A stretch of DNA of 64,000 nt from an uncultured Fibrobacterota bacterium. GTDB lineage: Bacteria; Fibrobacterota; Chitinivibrionia; Chitinivibrionales; FEN-1185. The DNA is taken from NCBI GenBank assembly GCA_963729895.1, contig CAVSQB010000022.1, positions 126,203-190,202 of the forward strand. The letters run 5' to 3'. The position numbers were made by a program, and so were the translations under genes. The notes below the pieces were generated by a model. That model worked only from the letters and a program-made list of their open reading frames with translations. It was not told the origin of the DNA and ran no database searches. Of this stretch, positions 30,084 through 37,938 are shown in pieces. How positions within the stretch are numbered: position 1 is the first letter of the stretch; each line of letters starts with the position of its first letter.

Positions 30084-30950
30084 ATGAAAAGCGTATCACT
30101 TTTGTGCGGCGTTCTTATTGTTTTTGTTTCGGGTGTGCTGGCCTCTCAGCAATACGACGATCTGGTGAAGCTGGTCAAATCCGGCGCGAGCGAGGATGTG
30201 GTTGTGGCCTTCATTAACGCCTCAGACTCGAGCTACAATCTCTCATCCGATCAGATTGTTCGCCTGAGGGAATCCGGCGCCTCTCCGCAGGAAATTATCG
30301 CGGCAATCAAGCATAAGGGAGGGGTTGTCACAAGTTCAGCCGCCCAGGCCCAATCGGCGCCTGCGGAAACCGCTTCGGTCATCCACCCTGCTTCGCCGCC
30401 GCCCTACGCGGTTTACCGGGTTCCGCCTCCGAGGAGAGTTTGGAGGAACTATTGGTACTCGCCGAACGCGGATAAGACCAAGCAGGCGGTTCAGCTCGAT
30501 GTGGCCGGACTTTTCCTGGGAACTCTGACACTCAACTACGAATATTTGTTCAACCGTCAACACGGGCTGGTGGTTGAAGGCAGTTTTTACCCCGGGTACG
30601 CCGATTGGGACACTCACGGAGAAAATGTGGAGCTGGCGTACCGGTGGCATTGGGCAAGGAGCATGAATTCCGGCTTTGTAGGAGTTTTTGTGAATGGCGG
30701 CCGGTCGTATGGAAACGGCCGTGATTGGTTTGCCGATACCGGCACCGGATACACGCAAACAAGTATCACGGTTGGGCCCGACATCGGCAAGCGGTGGGTC
30801 ACTCCGTGGGGTTTGAGCCTGGTTGCCAAGATCGGCTACGGATATACCTGGAGCAAATTCGGTAACCCGGCTCCCGATCAAAACACCATAGACCGGTTGC
30901 GGTGGACCACGGGCTTCGACCCCGAGATATCGCTTGGATACGCGTTTTAA
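30084..30950 (+). CDS. Secreted helical domain + outer-membrane beta-barrel (DUF3575-like)
   Basis: Signal peptide; alternating beta strands; C-terminal 'ISLGYAF'. Confidence 0.7.
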   Translation: MKSVSLLCGVLIVFVSGVLASQQYDDLVKLVKSGASEDVVVAFINASDSSYNLSSDQIVRLRESGASPQEIIAAIKHKGGVVTSSAAQAQSAPAETASVIHPASPPPYAVYRVPPPRRVWRNYWYSPNADKTKQAVQLDVAGLFLGTLTLNYEYLFNRQHGLVVEGSFYPGYADWDTHGENVELAYRWHWARSMNSGFVGVFVNGGRSYGNGRDWFADTGTGYTQTSITVGPDIGKRWVTPWGLSLVAKIGYGYTWSKFGNPAPDQNTIDRLRWTTGFDPEISLGYAF

Positions 30951-30978
30951 TTAATAAGGTAAGGCGGAAGGAAGAATT

Positions 30979-31476
30979 ATGAAAAGGGTCTGTGTTTTCG
31001 CGATTGTGATGGTAGCTGTTTCTAGTTGGGCGTCCGGCGGATACGATGATATCGCAAAACTTGTCAAATCGGGAACGAACGAGGATGTCATCATCAATTT
31101 CATCAACTCGTCCAGCACCGGCTATTCTCTCACATCGGATCAGATTATCCAGCTCAAAGCCATGGGCGCTTCGGACAAAGTTATTGTGGCGGCCCTTAAG
31201 CACGGAAAAGCGGGCATTGCTTCCCCTGCGCCGAAATCCGGCGCGGCAGCGGTTCCGTCGCAAGATGCTGCAACCGCCGAACAGCAATCGACCACTCCTG
31301 CAACCGCTCAGGACCCCAACGCCGTTTATGGGGCAGTGCCTTCTTCCGGGGGATGGGTTCTTATGAACGATTATTGGTACTGGCAATATCCGACCGGCGT
31401 TATCGTCGATCTGGGATGGCAGCCTTATTACTACTCCCCTTATCGTTGGTTTCCCAGGGGCCACAGGCGCTGGTAG
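30979..31476 (+). CDS. Secreted protein sharing its N-terminal helical domain with the upstream gene
   Basis: 'YDDIAKLVKSG..EDVII.FIN.S...Y.L.SDQI' is nearly identical to the 30084 protein. Confidence 0.7.
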   Translation: MKRVCVFAIVMVAVSSWASGGYDDIAKLVKSGTNEDVIINFINSSSTGYSLTSDQIIQLKAMGASDKVIVAALKHGKAGIASPAPKSGAAAVPSQDAATAEQQSTTPATAQDPNAVYGAVPSSGGWVLMNDYWYWQYPTGVIVDLGWQPYYYSPYRWFPRGHRRW

Positions 31477-31695
31477 CAACAAGAAGTTTGCTTCGCGATG
31501 CAAGCGGTTCTCTTGAGAAAAGCGTTCTTGCCGAATCGGAATACCGAAAGCTCATTTCTTACCACTATGAATCCTCAATTGAAACAGGCTTCACGAGTCG
31601 CCTGTACCCGCCCGAGGTTGTCTTAACAGTCAAGAACGACATAGTGCGAAAATCAAAAAGGAACCGTCTTCGCGCGGCGGCTAGTAATTATATTA

Positions 31696-32596
31696 GGTGA
31701 TTATAAAACATCTTGCACAGGAATTATCTTGTGCATATGGGCTTTAGTCAATTAGAAACCTTTGAATTCATAGGGAAAACTGAAAACAGGGCAAAATTGT
31801 TCCTCAGAAAGTTCTGTTGGAAAAATGGCCATGTTTTCTGCATCAATTGTAACAGCCATAAAATCTATCGTTTAAAAGGTAAAAAGTTCAGGTGCAAACG
31901 ATGCGGAAATACCTTTCATGACTTCTCGAATCGGTGGATTGGTCAGTGCCGCGTCCCTCTGAAAAAGCTGCTGTGGATCATTAAGCTCTTTGAACTGGAA
32001 GTCTCAGCACGCAGGATAGCAACTCAGATCGGTTTGAGCTATCCCACGGTCTTGCGGATGTGTAATCTCATCCGAAGGGCCTTGATGGTCGCTGAAAGCG
32101 ATTTCTGGCTCTCTGGAGAGGTTGAGCTCGATGAATCCTACTTCGGCGGCAGGCGTAAAGGTAAACGTGGCCGGGGTGCTGCCGGAAAGGTTCCCGTCTT
32201 TGGTATCCTGGAGAGACACGGAAAAGTGAAGGTGACAGTAGTAAAAAACGTCACTGCCGAAAGCCTGTTGACTGAGACTGTGAAAATGGTCAGACGAGGC
32301 TCCATCATTTACACTGACAAATTCCGCGGCTATGACGCCCTGATGTTCTGCGGTTATCGGCATTTGAGAGTCGACCATGGGAAAAGATTTGCCACAGGCA
32401 AAGTTTATATTAACGGTTTGGAAGGCTTCTGGAGCTATGCTAAGGAACGTCTTGCAAAGTTCCATGGAGTCTCCAAAGAATACTTTCCAGGGTATCTGAA
32501 CGAAATGGCTTTTCGGTACAATCATCGTCATGAAAATTTCTTTGAAAAACTTGTCAAAATGATCACTAATTTGGTGCAAGATCCTTTATAATTACC
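31696..32596 (+). mobile_element. IS1595-family element
   Basis: 23-bp IRs GGTGATTATAAAACATCTTGCAC and reverse complement GGTAATTATAAAGGATCTTGCAC; 8-bp TSD TTATATTA at 31688-31695 and 32597-32604. Confidence 0.93.
31737..32591 (+). CDS. IS1595 transposase
   Basis: Zn ribbon CxxC..CxxC, 'VELDESYFGG', 'GKRGRGA', 'IYTD', 'INGLEGFW'. Confidence 0.92.
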   Translation: MGFSQLETFEFIGKTENRAKLFLRKFCWKNGHVFCINCNSHKIYRLKGKKFRCKRCGNTFHDFSNRWIGQCRVPLKKLLWIIKLFELEVSARRIATQIGLSYPTVLRMCNLIRRALMVAESDFWLSGEVELDESYFGGRRKGKRGRGAAGKVPVFGILERHGKVKVTVVKNVTAESLLTETVKMVRRGSIIYTDKFRGYDALMFCGYRHLRVDHGKRFATGKVYINGLEGFWSYAKERLAKFHGVSKEYFPGYLNEMAFRYNHRHENFFEKLVKMITNLVQDPL

Positions 32597-32643
32597 TTAT
32601 ATTATTACGCGAATCTCTCGCCGGTTCTGCACACGGAAACTCC

Positions 32644-33429
32644 ATGAACACTATTCAGCAAACAAAGAACCTTTTGTCCCGCACGGCATTGTGCGCGGCC
32701 GTTTTGAGCGCATCCGTCTTCGCCCAGGAGTATCCGGCCCGTCCTTCCGGGCCCGTGGCCGACCTTGCCGGCGTCGTCGACCAGGCGACCCGCGAGAAAA
32801 TCACACTTGTCGCGCAGGCGCTCTGGGAACAGGCGGGCTTTGGCCTCGTGGTGGCGACGGTCCCCAAACTCGAAAATGCCACTATTGACGAATACGCGCC
32901 TGAACTTTACAAGCGCTGGGGAATCGGAAAAAAAGGATCTGACGAGGGAGTGCTGGTCCTGCTGACGCTCGACCCTCGAAAAGCAAGGATCGAGGTGGGC
33001 TACGGGGCGGAAGGGTATCTCAACGATGCGAAAACGGGAAGAATACTTGATCAATCGGGCGTCCCGTATTTCAAGAACGGCGACTATTCCGCCGGACTTC
33101 TCAACGTTTCCCTCCAAATAGCCGCAGAGGTCTGCCGCGAGAAGAACATCAGCCTCACCCTGCCCCGCCAAAACACCTATGCGCAGCCGCTATCCAGGTA
33201 TGGAAAAGTTTCGCCGTTGTATATCGTCTTCTTCATAATCGCGCTGATCTTTCTCCTGGGAACCCGGACCGGCCGTACCGTACTCTGGACCATGATCGTC
33301 ATGAGTCTTATGAGCGGCGGCCGCGGCGGCGGCCGCGGAGGTTTTGGCGGCGGTTTCGGGGGCGGCGGTTTCGGCGGGGGGTTTGGCGGCGGCGGCAGCG
33401 GAGGCGGCGGAGCTTCCCGCGGCTTCTGA
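32644..33429 (+). CDS. TPM-domain protein (YgcG-like)
   Basis: 'VADLAGVV', 'WGIGKKG..GVL', 'IEVGYG.EG.L.D'; Gly-rich tail. Confidence 0.9.
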   Translation: MNTIQQTKNLLSRTALCAAVLSASVFAQEYPARPSGPVADLAGVVDQATREKITLVAQALWEQAGFGLVVATVPKLENATIDEYAPELYKRWGIGKKGSDEGVLVLLTLDPRKARIEVGYGAEGYLNDAKTGRILDQSGVPYFKNGDYSAGLLNVSLQIAAEVCREKNISLTLPRQNTYAQPLSRYGKVSPLYIVFFIIALIFLLGTRTGRTVLWTMIVMSLMSGGRGGGRGGFGGGFGGGGFGGGFGGGGSGGGGASRGF

Positions 33430-33503
33430 CCCCGGCGGGCATGCGCGTGCAAAAGCGACGATCGCGGCGGAAAAAAACGGCTAAAAGGAAATGAGGTCCA
33501 TCA

Positions 33504-34217
33504 ATGAGCGCAATCAGAAATCCAATTGATCTTGCGCGCCAGGCGGCGCTTGATTTTCAAGAGTGCTACTCGAGTGACCTGCTGTCCGTCATCGTATATG
33601 GAAGCGCGGCAGGCCCCGAGTTCGACTCGAAAAGATCGGATGTCAATCTTCTGCTCGTACTTTCATCCCTTTCCCTGGCCATGCTCGAAAAATCGCGCGC
33701 CTGCCAGGAAAAATGGATGAAAAAACGTTTTGCGCGGCCGCTGTTCATGGACAAGGATTATATCACGCGGTCCCTGGATGCGTTCCCCATAGAGTTTCTT
33801 GCCATGAAGGACAGCTCTACCGTTGTCTTCGGCGAGGACGTTTTCAAGGGCATTACGATTAAGCATCCGGACCTTCGGCTTCAGATTGAGCGCGAAATCA
33901 AGGGCAAGTGGCTGCATCTTATGCGGGGTTGGCTTGAATCACAGAAGAACCCGGTGCGGCTCAGAAGGCTGTTGGAAATTTCCTTAAAGGATTTTTCCCA
34001 TATTTTCAAGAGCTTGCTTCACCTGAAGGAACTTCCTGTTCCAGGGGACAGAAAGTCCCTTTTTGCGGCAATCGCAACAGCCTATGGAATAGACGGCCGG
34101 GCTTTTGAAGAAGCGTTTGCGGCCGCCAAGAGCGGCGACAAGAACGCCGTCGCCGCGGTATTTCCGGCCTATTCGAGCGCCATCGAATCCCTTTCACGCG
34201 TCATAGACAAACTCTAG
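33504..34217 (+). CDS. Nucleotidyltransferase-domain protein
   Basis: 'YGSAA...SDVNLL', 'DAFPIEF', 'LRLQIERE'; usual neighbour of LemA/TPM genes. Confidence 0.8.
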   Translation: MSAIRNPIDLARQAALDFQECYSSDLLSVIVYGSAAGPEFDSKRSDVNLLLVLSSLSLAMLEKSRACQEKWMKKRFARPLFMDKDYITRSLDAFPIEFLAMKDSSTVVFGEDVFKGITIKHPDLRLQIEREIKGKWLHLMRGWLESQKNPVRLRRLLEISLKDFSHIFKSLLHLKELPVPGDRKSLFAAIATAYGIDGRAFEEAFAAAKSGDKNAVAAVFPAYSSAIESLSRVIDKL

Positions 34218-34231
34218 ACAAAGGAGAATAC

Positions 34232-34798
34232 ATGAAAGGCAGGTACAAAGTTCTGATCGTCGTCGGCGTCGTGGTGATCCTTGCACTTATTGTGGCAGGC
34301 CAATTCATAGGGTGGAAGAACCGCCTGGTGCAACTGGACGAAAACGCCAAAACGCAATGGGCGCAGGTTGAAAGCCAGTTGCAGCGGAGGCTGGACCTTA
34401 TTCCCAATCTTGTTGAAACCGTCAAGGGCTATGCCAAACATGAAGAAACGGTGTTCACGGAAGTGACTAAGGCCCGCGCAAGCGTTGCGGGCGCAGGTTC
34501 CCCGTCGGAAAAAATCGCGGCAAACAATCAGCTCACGTCGGCGTTGTCGCGGCTGCTGGTGGTTGCCGAAAGCTACCCCGATCTCAAGGCGAACCAGAAC
34601 TTCCTTGCGTTGCAGGATGAGCTTGCCGGAACGGAAAACCGCATTTCCGTTGCGCGCCAGCGGTACAACGACGCGGCGCGCATGCTTAACGCGACGATCA
34701 GGATGTTCCCCTACAGTCTCGTTTCGCGTAATTTCAAGGAAGCGCCCTATTTTGAGGCAGCGGCGGCTGCAAAAGAGGCGCCCCAGGTGAAGTTCTAA
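34232..34798 (+). CDS. lemA: LemA family protein
   Basis: 'QRRLDLIPNLVETVKGYA.HE', 'YPDLKA', 'ENRI.VAR.RYN'. Confidence 0.93.
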   Translation: MKGRYKVLIVVGVVVILALIVAGQFIGWKNRLVQLDENAKTQWAQVESQLQRRLDLIPNLVETVKGYAKHEETVFTEVTKARASVAGAGSPSEKIAANNQLTSALSRLLVVAESYPDLKANQNFLALQDELAGTENRISVARQRYNDAARMLNATIRMFPYSLVSRNFKEAPYFEAAAAAKEAPQVKF

Positions 34799-34899
34799 GG
34801 CTGCGCACCGGCGCCAGACATCATCGTGCGAACGCATCGCAACAAGATCATAAGGCACGGTCGCAGCGGCCGGCGGGAGACCGCAGTGAATGCGGTCAG

Positions 34900-36375
34900 C
34901 TATTTCACGATGGAAAAATGCGTTGACATATGCTGTATACCGCATGCCACATCAACAACATAGGTCCCTCGCGCGACCGGCGCCCGTGATGAATTCGTTT
35001 GGTCCCATACAAGGTGGTTTGCCACACCCAGAACCTTTTGCGTCATGCTTCTCACCGTGGTTCCCCTGGCGTCAAAAATGCGGATAACAGCCTCGTTTCC
35101 CGCTCGGTCGCGTGGTACGCCGAATTCGATAAACGTATAGTTGGCTCCCCGAATAGGGGATGCAACGACGCCGTAAGTCGAATTTCCCCCTTGCAAAGAA
35201 ACTCGGCCAATAACGGACGACGAAGAAACCCCGTTGATGATGCGCCTGATATCCATTGCGGTTTCATCGATAATTCCGATATTGTAGATTGTGGCCAGGG
35301 CGCCCGTTACGCCGGCCGAAGCCCTGAGGTAGGGCGGCATATCGGCAACCGTGTACGCGCCCGCCGGCTTTTTGTTCAAGCGCATTATCTTTATTGCCTG
35401 CATATCGACGCTAATGGGGTCAGTGCTCATCAACACCGTATTCGCCCCGATAGTTGTAGATGTGGGATCAACGGTCTTTGCATACGTGGAATAATCCTGC
35501 GGACTTCCGCCGGGCCCGTTTGATTCGTTCAGCCCGAATATGGCGCAAAGAACGGTGAGAACCGTTTTATTATAGACAGGCCCGGTGCAATTGATGCAAC
35601 TTAAAAATGGCGGCGTATCGGTGTCATCGTGATAATCAGGGTTGTATGTTCCATAGTGGCTTTTGAAACCCAGTGTCACGTTTCCCGCATAGTCACCATG
35701 GCCTCGAAGACTTGGAACATTGATCAGAAAATCGCTCGCGTGCAGGGTTGCCGTATACCCTTTCACGGTCTTGGTTGTCGAGCCGACCGGCGTGTATGCA
35801 GCGCCATCCGAGTAACTTTGTACGCCGCTTTCCTTGGTAATGGTTACGCCGGGAAATAATGCCGCCGTGATCCCCAAGGCGCTAAAGGTCCCGCTTCCCA
35901 TCATATCGTAAATCGAAATGTTTGCGGCAGGGAAATTGGTACCATTAAATACCATCTGCTCAAGGCCCTGGACAATTGCAAGGACGACATAGGGGTTCGG
36001 CGCAGCAAGGCTGGTATTAAACCCCATCGGCACCTTGATTGCGATTTTGGATTGCAGGGTCACCAAGGTCGCACCGCTCGCATTTGTGGGAAAGACGGCC
36101 TTCCAGGCGTCGCCGACGGTTGCCGCCCCGGTCAGCAACAGTATTGAGTCATCAACCATCTTCTTAACAACAGTTTGATCGTAAGAAGGATTTCCCGCGG
36201 TTCCCGTCACAGCGCCTTTATTGAAATTGACCACAATTCTTCCCGGCCACTTGTTTCCAGGACCCGCGGCCAGGGCAGTCTCCTTTGCAATAACCATGGA
36301 GGCAAACCCGCCGGATGCCGTAACCGCGGCGGCGGCGGCGGAACTTTCCAAAAATGACCTGCGCGAAATTTTCAT
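34900..36375 (-). CDS. Tat-exported DUF362-domain protein with FlgD-like/sorting C-terminal domain
   Basis: Tat motif SRRSFL; 'IAIKV', 'LINVPSLRGH', 'TLGFKSHYG', 'STDPISVD'; CTD 'IFDARG...WDQTN...GTY'. Confidence 0.75.
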   Translation of the reverse strand: MKISRRSFLESSAAAAAVTASGGFASMVIAKETALAAGPGNKWPGRIVVNFNKGAVTGTAGNPSYDQTVVKKMVDDSILLLTGAATVGDAWKAVFPTNASGATLVTLQSKIAIKVPMGFNTSLAAPNPYVVLAIVQGLEQMVFNGTNFPAANISIYDMMGSGTFSALGITAALFPGVTITKESGVQSYSDGAAYTPVGSTTKTVKGYTATLHASDFLINVPSLRGHGDYAGNVTLGFKSHYGTYNPDYHDDTDTPPFLSCINCTGPVYNKTVLTVLCAIFGLNESNGPGGSPQDYSTYAKTVDPTSTTIGANTVLMSTDPISVDMQAIKIMRLNKKPAGAYTVADMPPYLRASAGVTGALATIYNIGIIDETAMDIRRIINGVSSSSVIGRVSLQGGNSTYGVVASPIRGANYTFIEFGVPRDRAGNEAVIRIFDARGTTVRSMTQKVLGVANHLVWDQTNSSRAPVARGTYVVDVACGIQHMSTHFSIVK

Positions 36376-36406
36376 GGCTTTCTCCTGCTTAATTGCTATG
36401 GGTTAA

Positions 36407-36525
36407 ATTCCTCGAAGCTTGCTTCGGCTTTAACTCACCCCTCCTCGCTTCGCTCGGTTTCCCCTCTTTTCTTCCTCTTCAGGGATGCCCGAAGGGGCAT
36501 AAAAGAGGGGATTAAGGGGTGAGTT
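36407..36525. repeat. Nested REP-like palindrome
   Basis: AACTCACCCCT/AGGGGTGAGTT (36432-36442/36515-36525) and CCCCTCTTTT/AAAAGAGGGG (36461-36470/36501-36510), with an inner ATGCCC-GAAG-GGGCAT hairpin. Confidence 0.7.
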
Positions 36526-36687
36526 GCAAGTTCAGGATACCTCGAAAGTGCCTAACGACCTATTGCAAGGCATCCCCATCACAATAATATATCCAAGAAA
36601 GTCTGAAAAGGAAGGCCCTTGTGATTATATTTTGTCTCATCACGGCAACGGATGATTGCGTTTGCAGACTTGCGGAGGGACTTGGCA

Positions 36688-37263
36688 ATGAAGATCGAAG
36701 TAAGAGCATGGCGTGAAGGTTTGTTGTTTTACCTGTTCCTATGTTCGGCTACCCTGATGATTGTTTGTATGCCGACCCAACCGAGCGGTCCCCCTCAAGT
36801 CACGCTCAAGGAGCTGTACGACGCAACAGTGTACAATGGTTGGGCTCCCGATTCCGGCAGCCAGTATGTCGCCTATGATACCGTAACGATATTCGACGCC
36901 ATCGACGGCGGGGCGCAGGCGTATGTAAACGCGGGCCTTCAGGCGTTCACGCTCAAGCACCTGGAAAACGTGGGCCCTTCCAGCAACCTGTCGTGCGTGA
37001 TCTGGATGATGGATTTTGGAACAAGCGCAAAAGCCGTTGCACTCTTCAACACGAATACCGTCAAATACAATGCGTCAACGGCCGTGCCCACATTCAGCAG
37101 TTCCGATGCTGCATATGCGGTTCAGGCAGGAGGAAACATCGACGTATACGCGCATTTCAATCAATTCTATTTCGAGCTGGATCTAACGGGGTACGACAAC
37201 GTGTCGGATTCAATCAAGGACGCCCAGTATTTTCTGACAAGATACAAAGCCCTTATCGGGTGA
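36688..37263 (+). CDS. Lipoprotein, DUF6599-like
   Basis: RBS GGAGGGA; signal ending in Cys; 'IFDAIDGGAQAY', 'MDFGT...A.ALF'. Confidence 0.6.
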   Translation: MKIEVRAWREGLLFYLFLCSATLMIVCMPTQPSGPPQVTLKELYDATVYNGWAPDSGSQYVAYDTVTIFDAIDGGAQAYVNAGLQAFTLKHLENVGPSSNLSCVIWMMDFGTSAKAVALFNTNTVKYNASTAVPTFSSSDAAYAVQAGGNIDVYAHFNQFYFELDLTGYDNVSDSIKDAQYFLTRYKALIG

Positions 37264-37388
37264 GAGAAAGCGACGGTGCCCTGGGCGCCGCCGCAGGCGT
37301 GAAATCCGCGACGGGCCAAAGCCCGGTCGCGGATTTAATTGGTGGTGGAAGAATAAACCGGCGTTTTCTTAAATCAAGCGGCAGGAAG

Positions 37389-37667
37389 TTACTTCTTTTT
37401 TCCCCGCGCCTCACCTATGGACCTGTACGTCTGCGAGACCGACATGCCGAATTTCTTGGCTATTTCGGTTCCCGTCTTTCCCGCCTTGAAGAGCGAAAGC
37501 ATCTCTTTGTTGCGCTTCGGGTTCTTTGCATATCTCGATTCGATTCCGTACTTTTGCCGAAGTTGATGAATAGCCTGCCGGGTAACCTTGAATTTCTTGG
37601 CGATCTTTTCGTCCGTTCCCAGCGACTTTTGCAACTTGACCAGTTCGGTCTTGCTCATCAAGGCCAT
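37389..37667 (-). CDS. Small basic double-HTH DNA-binding protein
   Basis: 'IAKKFKVTRQAIHQLR' and 'IAKKFGMSVSQTYR'; RBS GGAGG. Confidence 0.75.
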   Translation of the reverse strand: MALMSKTELVKLQKSLGTDEKIAKKFKVTRQAIHQLRQKYGIESRYAKNPKRNKEMLSLFKAGKTGTEIAKKFGMSVSQTYRSIGEARGKKK

Positions 37668-37938
37668 ACGGTTCCTCCACGGTAAAGAAGAAAGTTGGTT
37701 GATAGAGAAAAGTAATGTCTATGTAAGAAAATATATTGTCCGGAGGTCAGGGAATGAAATAATTGATTTTTGATCGAAACTATCCTTTCGGTAACTACCC
37801 ACCGCCCGTCAAAAAGACGGGTTTTTTTCAGTTTTTTAAGGTATTTTAGGGTCGCTGGAACGTATTCCAAACGTCCGTGTCGGAACTGCGCCGTTTCTCC
37901 CGGCGAACGCGGCCGAAACGGCAGGCAAGAAAACGAGC

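Noticed and set aside
12991..32600. Intact prophage or ICE at tRNA-Asn
   Set aside because: No tyrosine/serine integrase, phage or conjugation genes, and no attR duplication seen.
33316..33426. GGC-rich tandem repeats
   Set aside because: They encode the normal Gly-rich tail of TPM-domain proteins.
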